From positions 1-32,282 of the IMG/VR virus record IMGVR_UViG_3300029318_000051: a stretch of DNA of 32,282 nt, one strand, 5' to 3'. Made by a program: the position numbers and the translations under genes. The notes under the pieces were generated by a model that worked only from the letters and a program-made list of their open reading frames with translations, had not been told where the DNA came from and made no database searches. Below are positions 23,547-32,282 of this stretch, piece after piece (position 1 is the first letter of the stretch; each line of letters starts with the position of its first letter). This DNA is from a virus. Taxonomy: Duplodnaviria; Caudoviricetes.

Positions 23547-25486
23547 AAAATAAATCAGATTTAAGTATTGTAAATTTAAGCACCTATACTTCTCCTGTAG
23601 TTAAGGAAGTAAGAGGCAAAGACTTTATCGAGTATGGAGAAGATAACAACTATTTCCAATACCTAATAGACAGATACAACGGAAGTCCTACAAATAACGC
23701 TATTATAAATGGTGTTAGCGAGATGATTTACGGAAAAGGCTTAGATGCTACTAACTCGAACAAAAAGCCTAATGAGTATGCACAAATGAAAGCATTATTT
23801 AATAATGATTGTGTAAGAAAATTATGCTATGACTTAAAATTAATGGGTCAATGTGCAGTACAAGTTATCTACTCAAAAAACAGAGCTAAGATTGTACAGT
23901 TAGAACACATGCCTATTGAGACACTAAGAGCTGAAAAGTGTAATGAAAAAGGAGAAATAGAGGGTTACTATTATTTTAACGATTGGGCAAAGTACAAGCG
24001 AGGAAACGAATTAAAAAGAATACCTGCATTCGGAACTTCTAAAGAGGGATTGGAAATACTTTACATCAAACCTTATAGAGCAGGTTTTAAGTATTATAGT
24101 CCTGTAGATTATCAAGGTGGCACACAATACGCTGAATTAGAGGAGGAGATTTCAAATTTCCATTTAAACAACATACTAAACGGACTTGCACCAAGTATGT
24201 TAATCAACTTCAATAATGGAACTCCTGATCCTGAGCAAAGAGAAATGATAGAAAGAAGAATCTACGAAAAGTTTAGTGGCTCAAGTAATGCAGGTAAATT
24301 TATTTTAGCATTTAACGACAACCCTGAGACAGCAGCAAGTATAGAGCCTGTTCAGTTAAGTGATGCACACCAACAATACGAGTTTCTAAGCAATGAAAGT
24401 TCTAAAAAAATAATGGTAGCTCACAGAATCGTAAGTCCTATGTTATTTGGTATAAAAGATGATACAGGTCTTGGAAACAACGCTGATGAATTAAAGACAG
24501 CTTCTATCTTGTTTGACAACTTAGTAATTAAGAGCTTTCAAGGGCTTTTAATAGATGCTTTTGATAGAATACTTGCTTACAACGAAATCTCTTTGCATTT
24601 GTACTTTAAAACGCTTCAGCCACTTGAATTTGTTGATTTAGAGAACGTAGCTGATCAGGAAACAAGAGAAGAAGAAACAGGTGTTAAGTTAAAAAAGATA
24701 GATGGTCAAGATGTATTTCCTACTAAAGAACAAGCTATAGAAAAAGCTAAAGAAATGGGATGCGAGGGTTATCATGAACACGAAGAAGATGGTATGACTT
24801 GGTATATGCCTTGTAAAGATCATTCAGAAGTACAAAACTTATCAGAAGATGACTTTAGAGATAACATAGCACAAGAGCTAATCGACTTAGGAGAAGATGA
24901 GGAAGAACTATTAAAAGATTTTGATTTAGTAGATGAATCACAAGTTGATTATGAGTTTGATGATGAAATGGATGAGTTGATTGAACAAACTAATAATGAA
25001 ATAAAATTAGCAAGAGTAGGTAAAGCAACACCATATAGAGAAAGCGAACAAGACGGAAAAACCCCTGCAAGTAAATTATTAGGTTATACATTTTTAGTAA
25101 GATACTACTATAGTCCAAACAGAGTTAAGAGAACATCAAGAGAGTTTTGTAAAAAAATGGTAAGAGCTAAAAAGGTTTATCGTAAAGAAGATATAAAAGC
25201 TATGGATCAAATAGCAGTAAATGCAGGGTTTGGAAAAGGTGGCTCTAACACATATTCTATATGGCTTTATAAAGGTGGTGCAAGATGTGAGCATTATTGG
25301 AGCAGAAGAACGTATCTTAGAAAAGATGGCAACAAGAGCTTAGGTAAAAAGTTATATGATTCAGAGGCTAAAAGACGAGGTTTTACACCTCCTAAGAACG
25401 CAAAAAAAGTAGCTATGAAGCCAAAGGATATGCCTTACAAAGGATATACAGCAGCATACGCAAAAAGAATAGGAATAAGTAGATAA
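23543..25486 (+). CDS. Portal protein with C-terminal accessory modules (YMPC module and MuF/gp7-like domain)
   Basis: YGEDNNY, SPTNNAII, NGLAPS, GSSNAGK and AHRIVSPMLFG portal-like core. The C-terminus has SREFCKKM...KGGARCEHYW. Confidence 0.8.
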   Translation: MKNKSDLSIVNLSTYTSPVVKEVRGKDFIEYGEDNNYFQYLIDRYNGSPTNNAIINGVSEMIYGKGLDATNSNKKPNEYAQMKALFNNDCVRKLCYDLKLMGQCAVQVIYSKNRAKIVQLEHMPIETLRAEKCNEKGEIEGYYYFNDWAKYKRGNELKRIPAFGTSKEGLEILYIKPYRAGFKYYSPVDYQGGTQYAELEEEISNFHLNNILNGLAPSMLINFNNGTPDPEQREMIERRIYEKFSGSSNAGKFILAFNDNPETAASIEPVQLSDAHQQYEFLSNESSKKIMVAHRIVSPMLFGIKDDTGLGNNADELKTASILFDNLVIKSFQGLLIDAFDRILAYNEISLHLYFKTLQPLEFVDLENVADQETREEETGVKLKKIDGQDVFPTKEQAIEKAKEMGCEGYHEHEEDGMTWYMPCKDHSEVQNLSEDDFRDNIAQELIDLGEDEEELLKDFDLVDESQVDYEFDDEMDELIEQTNNEIKLARVGKATPYRESEQDGKTPASKLLGYTFLVRYYYSPNRVKRTSREFCKKMVRAKKVYRKEDIKAMDQIAVNAGFGKGGSNTYSIWLYKGGARCEHYWSRRTYLRKDGNKSLGKKLYDSEAKRRGFTPPKNAKKVAMKPKDMPYKGYTAAYAKRIGISR

Positions 25487-25488
25487 TT

Positions 25489-25989
25489 ATGGCAACAGTA
25501 TTATTCATATCAAGAACAGATTTAGTCAAGAATAGTATCATTGATGGTAATGTTGATACAGATAAATTTATACAGTTTATTAAAGTAGCACAGGAAATTG
25601 AAATAAGAAACTACTTAGGAACTAAACTTTACGAAAAGTTACAAAGTGATATTTCAGGATCAGGTGTTGCAGGTAATTATCAAACCTTATTAAACAAATA
25701 TGTACAACCCATGTTAATATGGTATGCACAAGCAGAGTATATTCCTTATGCAGCTTATCAGATTAAAAATGGTGGAGTGTTTAAGCACACAAGCGAAAAC
25801 TCAGAAACAGTTTCTAAGAGTGAAGTAGATTACTTAGTAAACAAAGCAAGAAATACAGCAGAGTATTATACACAGAGATTTTTAGATTACATCAATAACA
25901 ACAGTAATTTATTTCCTGAGTATAGTCAGAATACAGGTGGCGATGTGTACCCTGATTCAGATGCTACATTTAACGGATGGGTATTGTGA
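25489..25989 (+). CDS. Putative head-tail adaptor
   Basis: GNVDTDK, AQEIEIRNYLGTKLY, FPEY; helical and downstream of the portal. Confidence 0.6.
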   Translation: MATVLFISRTDLVKNSIIDGNVDTDKFIQFIKVAQEIEIRNYLGTKLYEKLQSDISGSGVAGNYQTLLNKYVQPMLIWYAQAEYIPYAAYQIKNGGVFKHTSENSETVSKSEVDYLVNKARNTAEYYTQRFLDYINNNSNLFPEYSQNTGGDVYPDSDATFNGWVL

Positions 25990-26105
25990 GATACAAACCG
26001 AAAGAAAAAAATATAATTAAACTAAAACAGTATTTAAATGGCAAATACGATAAATTGGGGAAAATCATACAGCGAGAGTTATTGGGGCAACGCAACAACG
26101 ACTAA
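25986..26105 (+). CDS. 39-aa basic peptide (not in ORF track)
   Basis: GTGA overlap; MRYKPKEKNIIKLKQYLNGKYDKLGKIIQRELLGQRNND. Confidence 0.5.
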   Translation: MRYKPKEKNIIKLKQYLNGKYDKLGKIIQRELLGQRNND

Positions 26106-26217
26106 CAGTTGGGGAGATGATTATATAGTAGAGTATTTGACTTCTGATTTAAACAGGAGAGTGCAGATATACGAGAACAACACAATGACTAATCAACTAT
26201 TAGAGAATATACAATGA
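26038..26217 (+). CDS. 59-aa WG-repeat protein, putative fibre anchor (not in ORF track)
   Basis: MANTINWGKSYSESYWGNATTTNSWGDDYIVEYLTSDLNRRVQIYENNTMTNQLLENIQ, with ATGA overlap into fibre 1. Confidence 0.75.
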   Translation: MANTINWGKSYSESYWGNATTTNSWGDDYIVEYLTSDLNRRVQIYENNTMTNQLLENIQ

Positions 26218-28463
26218 GTTTACTACAAAAAGCATCAATAATAACCACACCTACAGCTTATGCTGAGGACTACTTATATTCTATAAAACCTGCTTATGCT
26301 TTAGGCTCAGAGCTTGTTACAAATGGCGACTTTTCTGATGGTTTAACAGGTTGGACATCTTATAACGCAGTTGTGTCTGTAACTCAAAAACAATTAAAAA
26401 TAGATGATAGTGCTAATGCAGGTGCTAATTCAAGTGCAATTACATCCGTAACATTATCACAAGGCAAAAAATACATTTTTAGTGTTAGACTTATATCAAC
26501 AACTACAAGTTTATATGTTTCTGCAGCATCTACTACAAATACAGTTGCACCATCAAACGGTTTTACACTTCAAAACATAACAGAGGCAGGAGTACATAAT
26601 TTTACTTTTACTGCTGATGCTAATGGTCTTAGATATTTTTGGATAAATACAGGGGGAGTAGGAATAACGATTGTTGATGATGTAAGCGTAAAAGAAGTAA
26701 CAGATGCCGACTTTGACTTTGACAGAAACTCAACAGGAACAAGAGTAAACGAAGATTATCTTATAGAAGATGTGCCTTATAATTTTATTCCTTATAGCCA
26801 AGATTTTAGTAATTCTAATTGGAGGAAAAGAACAAGCGATTCTACACAAGTTCCTGTGATAACTGATAATTATGCACTTGCTCCTGATGGAACTTTAACT
26901 GCATCGAGGGTTGTTGTAACAAAACCAAATACAGAAAATGATTTTGCAGTTATAGATAATTTTCAATCTGTTTCTAAATCAGTAGGAAGCAAGTTTGCAA
27001 ATTCAGTTTTTCTAAAAGCATCAGATAGCTCACAGGTTGGTAAAATTGTAAACGTATATTCTTATGATGCTGATTATATGTCTTTTGTTACACATACATT
27101 AACGGATTATTGGGTTAGGATTACTGCTGTAGCAACTGCTACAAGCACAACAGGTAATACAGAAACAATAGTTATAGGAAAAGCAAGAAGTAGTGGGGGT
27201 GGTACATCTTTAGCAAATATGTCTACAGACTTTCTTGTTTGGGGCGCACAATTTGTAAAAGGCGACCAACCAAAAGACTATCTACAAACAACAGACAGAT
27301 TAGACATACCAAGAATAGATTACACAAACGGAGAGCCAAGTATATTGCTTGAACCAAGCAGAACAAATCTTATTACTTATTCAAATGACTTTACTAATGC
27401 AGCTTGGGATAAAGATAATTCTACAATTACTGCTAATAATACAACTTCTCCTGAGGGTTTAACTAACGCATCTAAACTAACTGAAGATACTGCAACATCT
27501 TCACATAGAGTAGAAGAAACTGTAACTGTTTCAAATGGTGCTACTGTAACTTGTTCTGTATATGCAAAAAAAGGAGAAAGAAATTTTATACTATTGTTTG
27601 AATCTAATTCTGCTGATGGTGCATATTTTAATTTAGATACAGGTAAATTTGTAAGAGTAGATGGAACACCTGTAGATTATAACATACAAGATTTAAAAAA
27701 CGGATGGTATCGCTGTTCTATTGTAGTAACTGTACCATCAACAAGTTGTAGATTTCAAATCTATATGACACAAACAAGCAATACAAGTTCTTACACAGGA
27801 GATGGTAGTTCATCTATGTTTATATATGGCGCACAAGTTGAAGTAGGAAGCTATGCAACATCTCTAATACACACTTCAGGAAGTACAGTTACTCGTAGTG
27901 CAGATTTTGCAGACAATGCAGGAAACAGCGACTTAATAAATTCTACAGAGGGAGTGTTTTATTTGCAGTTTGCAGCATTAACAGGTGCAGGTGCTTTTGA
28001 TGATTTATCTTTATCTGATGGAACACAAAATAACAAAGTACAGCTATTTTATAGAGCAACAGATAAAATTAACGTAAGAGTTACAGTAGGTGGTGTAAAT
28101 GTGTTTGACCATCAATATCAATCAATAGATATGACACAGTTTGAGAAGGTTGCTGTAAAATGGAAACTCAACGATTTTTCTATGTATGTAGATGGTCGGG
28201 AAGTTGATTCTGATAGTTCAGGTGCTACATTTCCTGCTAACACTTTAAACGAGGTCAAAATAAACGACAACAATATAAGTGATTATGAGGGTAAGATAAA
28301 ATGTTTAGCAGTATTTAAAGAAGCTCTTACTGACTTAGAATTAGAGAAACTAACAGGCTACAACAACCACGAACTATATATGAATTATTACAATAGATTA
28401 AGCTATTTAGGTTTAGCAGAAGAATACAATGTAGAAGCCGATATAAACAATTATATATTATGA
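26214..28463 (+). CDS. Fibre/adhesin paralog 1 (CBM-like inserts, LamG-like C-terminal domain)
   Basis: DFDFDR..TGTRVN, PRIDY, LLEPSRTN, GAQVE..YATS, NSTEGV. Confidence 0.75.
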   Translation: MSLLQKASIITTPTAYAEDYLYSIKPAYALGSELVTNGDFSDGLTGWTSYNAVVSVTQKQLKIDDSANAGANSSAITSVTLSQGKKYIFSVRLISTTTSLYVSAASTTNTVAPSNGFTLQNITEAGVHNFTFTADANGLRYFWINTGGVGITIVDDVSVKEVTDADFDFDRNSTGTRVNEDYLIEDVPYNFIPYSQDFSNSNWRKRTSDSTQVPVITDNYALAPDGTLTASRVVVTKPNTENDFAVIDNFQSVSKSVGSKFANSVFLKASDSSQVGKIVNVYSYDADYMSFVTHTLTDYWVRITAVATATSTTGNTETIVIGKARSSGGGTSLANMSTDFLVWGAQFVKGDQPKDYLQTTDRLDIPRIDYTNGEPSILLEPSRTNLITYSNDFTNAAWDKDNSTITANNTTSPEGLTNASKLTEDTATSSHRVEETVTVSNGATVTCSVYAKKGERNFILLFESNSADGAYFNLDTGKFVRVDGTPVDYNIQDLKNGWYRCSIVVTVPSTSCRFQIYMTQTSNTSSYTGDGSSSMFIYGAQVEVGSYATSLIHTSGSTVTRSADFADNAGNSDLINSTEGVFYLQFAALTGAGAFDDLSLSDGTQNNKVQLFYRATDKINVRVTVGGVNVFDHQYQSIDMTQFEKVAVKWKLNDFSMYVDGREVDSDSSGATFPANTLNEVKINDNNISDYEGKIKCLAVFKEALTDLELEKLTGYNNHELYMNYYNRLSYLGLAEEYNVEADINNYIL

Positions 28464-30514
28464 TACCAAGTTTATTACAAATACCAAGTGCTGTAAGCGA
28501 TTCTAAGCTACATTCAGTTTTACCTAATAATGGTAAAGGCGATTTTACGTTTGATAGATCAACAGGCGCAACAAGAATCAATCGAGATGGCTTAATAGAA
28601 GAAGTAGGTTATTTCTCAAGTGAGTTAGTACAAAACGGAGACTTTAGTGAATTAGGAAGCGAGTTAGTAACTAATGGAGATTTTGCTGATAACAGTTGGT
28701 GGCAATTAAGCAGTTCAAATGTTAACATATCTAATGGTAAAGGTAATTTTACAGCAGGTACTACTGAGTATTTTTACAAGACTAACACTTTAACGGTAGG
28801 AAAAACATATAAAATTGTTTTTGAAATAACTGACTATACAACAGGTTATATAACTGCTTTTGGTGGTTCATTTGGTGCAGCAGCAGTTGGTGTTGGAACT
28901 TATATAAGATATTATACTGCTGTTGATACGACTTTTGGATTAGTAGGAAATACTTTTGTTGGCTCAATAGACAACGTATCAGTAAAACAAGTTGACCCTA
29001 ATGATAGATGGACTAAAAGAAATGGTAGTACAATAAGCGAAGATGTTGCTACTGTCGTTGCTCTTGGAAATATTGAGGCAGGTTCAAATAATTGGACTTT
29101 ATATCAAACAGTATTTGAGCAAAATAAAACCTATAAAGTAACATTCAAAGCAAGACAAAAATCAGGAAGTGGAACATTTCAAGCAGGAAGAGATTACTAT
29201 TTCTTTATAGATGAAGTTATAACATCAACTTTTACAGAATATAGTTTTATAATTGATTCAGGAAGTTTAAATTTTACAGGTCATTTAACTTTTGGAGGGA
29301 GAACAAGTGGAAATGAGTTTGAAGTAGACAATGTATCTGTTGTTGAAGTACAAGGCGATAGACCAAGATTAAGTTACGATATAACAAATGGAGTAGTAGA
29401 AGATCAACCACATTTACTTTTAGAGCCGAGTTCTACGAATCTTGTTGTAAACAGTAACAGTTCTTTTGTTACTAATAATACATCTATAAGTTATAATAAT
29501 ATTATAAGTCCTGATGGAACTCAAAATGGTTTTAAGGCGCAATCTACAGCAACAGGCAGAGCAGAAGTAAGAGCAGGTACAATTACTTTTACAGATGCAA
29601 CTTTTAGTGTTTTTGTAAAATATGGAAATTCGCAGTATTTACAATTTTTGACTACTAATCAGTCAGCACATTTTTTTAATTTTGATGTTCAAAATGGTGT
29701 ATTTGGAACAAATGGCTCTAACACAAGCAACCTAAAAGCTACAGAATTTGGTAATGGATGGTATAGGGTTTCAGGTACTTTTACATCAGGCTCAGGTGTA
29801 GGCGATTTTAGAGTGTACTTTTCTAACTCAAATAGTGCTGCTTATGGAGCAGGAACATCTACAGTTGGAGATTTTTTCTATGCTTATGGTTGGCAAGTCG
29901 AAACAACAGCATACGCTACATCATACATACCCACAGCAGGAACAACTATCACAAGAGCTGCTGAAACTTGTAACAATTCTAAACCAAGTGTAAATAGTAC
30001 AGAGGGTGTTTTATATTGTGAGATACAAGCATTAGCTAACGACTTAACTTATAGAGCTATTTATATAAATGATAATGATGCAACAAGATATATAGGCTTA
30101 AGATTTTCTAACAACTCAAATCAATTACAAGCTATTTGTTATGATGGTGCAAATTTAGGCTTTATAGCAACTACTCTAAGTGATATAACAAATACACATA
30201 AAATAGCATTACAATATCAAAGTAGTGGTATTTCTTTATATGTAAATGGTAGTTTGATTGGTAGTGATGCAACTTTTACAGGTATTGCTGCAGATCAGTT
30301 AGATGAAGTTTTGTTTGATAGCAATTCAGGAACACAAGGTTTTTATGGTAAGTGTAAAGGTTTAGCAGTATATAACGAAGCATTAAGCGAATCACAACTT
30401 ATGCAACTAACAGGCGTAACAGCATCATCAATATATAGCAATTTTGTAACAAGAACAGCATCCTTTACAGTAGAAGCATTAAACGAAGTTAAAAAAGTAA
30501 TAGATAATTTATAA
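28460..30514 (+). CDS. Fibre/adhesin paralog 2
   Basis: Same scaffold motifs as paralog 1, with two ELVxNGDF modules. Confidence 0.75.
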   Translation: MIPSLLQIPSAVSDSKLHSVLPNNGKGDFTFDRSTGATRINRDGLIEEVGYFSSELVQNGDFSELGSELVTNGDFADNSWWQLSSSNVNISNGKGNFTAGTTEYFYKTNTLTVGKTYKIVFEITDYTTGYITAFGGSFGAAAVGVGTYIRYYTAVDTTFGLVGNTFVGSIDNVSVKQVDPNDRWTKRNGSTISEDVATVVALGNIEAGSNNWTLYQTVFEQNKTYKVTFKARQKSGSGTFQAGRDYYFFIDEVITSTFTEYSFIIDSGSLNFTGHLTFGGRTSGNEFEVDNVSVVEVQGDRPRLSYDITNGVVEDQPHLLLEPSSTNLVVNSNSSFVTNNTSISYNNIISPDGTQNGFKAQSTATGRAEVRAGTITFTDATFSVFVKYGNSQYLQFLTTNQSAHFFNFDVQNGVFGTNGSNTSNLKATEFGNGWYRVSGTFTSGSGVGDFRVYFSNSNSAAYGAGTSTVGDFFYAYGWQVETTAYATSYIPTAGTTITRAAETCNNSKPSVNSTEGVLYCEIQALANDLTYRAIYINDNDATRYIGLRFSNNSNQLQAICYDGANLGFIATTLSDITNTHKIALQYQSSGISLYVNGSLIGSDATFTGIAADQLDEVLFDSNSGTQGFYGKCKGLAVYNEALSESQLMQLTGVTASSIYSNFVTRTASFTVEALNEVKKVIDNL

Positions 30515-30517
30515 GAT

Positions 30518-32161
30518 ATGGATATACCAAGTTTATTTATGATTCCCTCAGCAGTTAGTTCAGGCAAAGTACATTCTGTATTTCCTAACTCAACGGATGC
30601 TGATTTTGACTTTAATAGAGATTCTTCAGCTACGAGAGTGAATAGTCAAGGTTTTATAGAAACTGTTGGGTATTTTAGTACAGAAAAACTAACAGGTTTT
30701 ACAAATGGTACTACTTATGCTTTTACAACTTTTACAACTTCAGGTAACAATATTACAAGTGCTATTGTATCATCTGCTTTTGCAGGTGCAGTATCTAACG
30801 CTATAAGTGTAACATCAGGACAAACCTATAGGGTTACTTTTGACTATACAAAAAATAGTGGTAATGATTTAAGAGTAGTGTTTAGTTCATCAGCTAATGG
30901 TGCAGGTACACAAATAAGTAATAATCATTTAGTAAGTAGTAGTGGCTCATATTCTTTTGATTTTACTATAACATCAACTACTACAGGTTACTTACAGATG
31001 GGTACAGGTAATAGTGGACATTCTTTAAATGTAAGCATTAGTAATGTATCTGTAAAAGAAATTCAAGGCGACAGAGCAAGATTAAATTATGAAATAGATG
31101 GAGGTTTAGTAAACACAAAGCCATCACTTTTATTAGAGCCACAAAGCACAAACTTAGTTACTTATAGCGAGGACTTTAGTCAATGGGTTGTGGATGGTCA
31201 AGCAAGTATTAGTTCAGACAGTATTATATCTCCTGATGGCACAATAAACTCAGATAAACTAATAGCAGGAACAACAAGTGGTAGACAAGCAATTAAGTTT
31301 AGTTCTTCTAATTCAGGTAATTTATCCTTTAGCATTTTTGCTAAAAAAGGAGAATATTCTGTGTTACAATTAAGTGATGCTAAAGATGGGTCAGCTTTTG
31401 CAAATTTTAACTTAGAGACAGGTGCTGTCGGCAGTACAGGTGTATATACTGCTTCTATGGTAGATATGGGTAATGATTGGTATAGATGTAAAATTTCTTG
31501 GAACGCATCTTTAGGAATAGTTGCTATAAGAGTAGGAATAGTAACTACAGCGACAAGTGCAAGAGTAGAACAATTTGCAGGTAATGGTATTAAAGGATTG
31601 TATATATATGGCGCACAGTTAGAACAACAAACGTACTGCACAAGCTACATACCAACAAACGGAAGCGCACAAACAAGAGCAGCAGAAACCTGTATTGGTG
31701 CAGGTACATCTTCTATCTTTGAAAGTTCAGAGGGAATATTATATTGTGAAATAGCAGCTTTAGCTAATGACGGAACTGCAAGACAAATTTCCTTAAGCGA
31801 TGGTTCGAGTAGCACAAATAAGGTTTCAATTTTATATACATCAACTACAAATCAAATTAAAGCATTTGTTAGAGGTGGTGGCTCTATCGCTTTAAATACA
31901 ACACATACATTGTCTAATGCTTTACAATTTAACAAGATAGCGTTAAAATATAAAGTTAATGATTTCTCTTTATATGTAAACGGAACAGAGGTTTTAAGCG
32001 ATACAAGTGGAGCAATACCAACAGCTTTGTCTGATTTAAGTTTAGATGATGCAGATGGAACGCAAGATTTTTATGGCAAGATACGAGATATAAGAGTATA
32101 TAACACTAAAGAAATGACAGATTCAGAAGTAGATATATTATTAACTAAAATAACAAGTTAA
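30518..32161 (+). CDS. Fibre/adhesin paralog 3
   Basis: Same scaffold motifs, but no C-terminal extension. Confidence 0.75.
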   Translation: MDIPSLFMIPSAVSSGKVHSVFPNSTDADFDFNRDSSATRVNSQGFIETVGYFSTEKLTGFTNGTTYAFTTFTTSGNNITSAIVSSAFAGAVSNAISVTSGQTYRVTFDYTKNSGNDLRVVFSSSANGAGTQISNNHLVSSSGSYSFDFTITSTTTGYLQMGTGNSGHSLNVSISNVSVKEIQGDRARLNYEIDGGLVNTKPSLLLEPQSTNLVTYSEDFSQWVVDGQASISSDSIISPDGTINSDKLIAGTTSGRQAIKFSSSNSGNLSFSIFAKKGEYSVLQLSDAKDGSAFANFNLETGAVGSTGVYTASMVDMGNDWYRCKISWNASLGIVAIRVGIVTTATSARVEQFAGNGIKGLYIYGAQLEQQTYCTSYIPTNGSAQTRAAETCIGAGTSSIFESSEGILYCEIAALANDGTARQISLSDGSSSTNKVSILYTSTTNQIKAFVRGGGSIALNTTHTLSNALQFNKIALKYKVNDFSLYVNGTEVLSDTSGAIPTALSDLSLDDADGTQDFYGKIRDIRVYNTKEMTDSEVDILLTKITS

Positions 32162-32162
32162 G

Positions 32163-32282
32163 ATGAAATATAAATTTAAAAGTAGAAAAGAAGCTCTACA
32201 AAAAGTAGATGCCTTACCTACACCTCACTCACATACAATCAAACACTATGCAGAGGAAGATCAGTATATAGTAGAGGTAGAG
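32163..32282 (+). CDS. 59-aa protein spanning the circular junction (continues to TAA at 157-159); short paralog of 143..505
   Basis: Manual translation MKYKFKSRKEALQKVDALPTPHSHTIKHYAEEDQYIVEVEWKGEVIWSNNKKKKNDKSE. ATG lies just after the fibre 3 stop. Shares KYxF, ALP, HxHTI and YxV[DE]VxWK with the next gene. Confidence 0.8.
   Translation, partial: MKYKFKSRKEALQKVDALPTPHSHTIKHYAEEDQYIVEVE
32184..32282. repeat. 99-bp terminal direct repeat, right copy
   Basis: Identical to 1-99. Confidence 0.97.

Noticed and set aside
3019-31641. All minus-strand ORFs in the track (e.g. 16902..17252, 17559..18338, 31198..31641)
   Set aside because: Each lies opposite a well-supported plus-strand gene and has no recognisable motif. 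They look like antisense shadows.
26214-32161. Diversity-generating retroelement acting on the fibre genes
   Set aside because: No reverse transcriptase, and I saw no near-identical TR/VR pair differing at adenines. The similarity is old paralogy.
1-32282. CRISPR array, tRNA, integrase/att site, stop-codon reassignment
   Set aside because: I saw no regularly spaced repeats, cloverleaf or recombinase motifs. Genes are intact and tightly coupled under the standard code, with TAA, TGA and TAG all used as stops.

Overview
The window is an apparently complete, circularly assembled dsDNA tailed-phage genome of about 32,183 bp. Positions 1-99 are identical to 32184-32282, and an ORF reads across the join. 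It is AT-rich, and every credible gene is on the + strand. Gene order is: fibre-associated small genes and a lysis/envelope block (secreted thioredoxin-like protein, membrane protein, outer-membrane beta-barrel, M15 endolysin, holin); an early/replication block (NinG, SSB-like proteins, DnaB-like helicase, ECF-like sigma factor, MjaI-like endonuclease, exonuclease, DUF5664, C5 methyltransferase); terS/terL; a tail block with a -1 frameshifted chaperone; prohead protease, small head-associated genes, scaffold and major capsid; tail tube; portal; and three paralogous fibre/adhesin genes. A Bacteroidota (probably Flavobacteriia) host is inferred from signal peptides cleaved before Gln, DUF3127 and TAnnTTT-type promoters. 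I found no integrase, DNA polymerase, tRNA, CRISPR array or reverse transcriptase. The most interesting signals are: (i) three paralogous proteins with a shared [KR]VEL-[AG] leader that recurs at module junctions of the scaffold, protease and portal, suggesting protease-processed capsid cargo; (ii) an orphan MjaI-like nuclease in a genome where a manual scan found no CTAG, CTGG, CCAG or CCGG; (iii) a bipartite CAAA-N14-CGTTATA promoter exactly 12 nt before four start codons; (iv) a possible daisy-chain docking helix linking the fibre proteins; (v) a phage-encoded outer-membrane barrel cassette. All family assignments come from motif recognition, not database searches.
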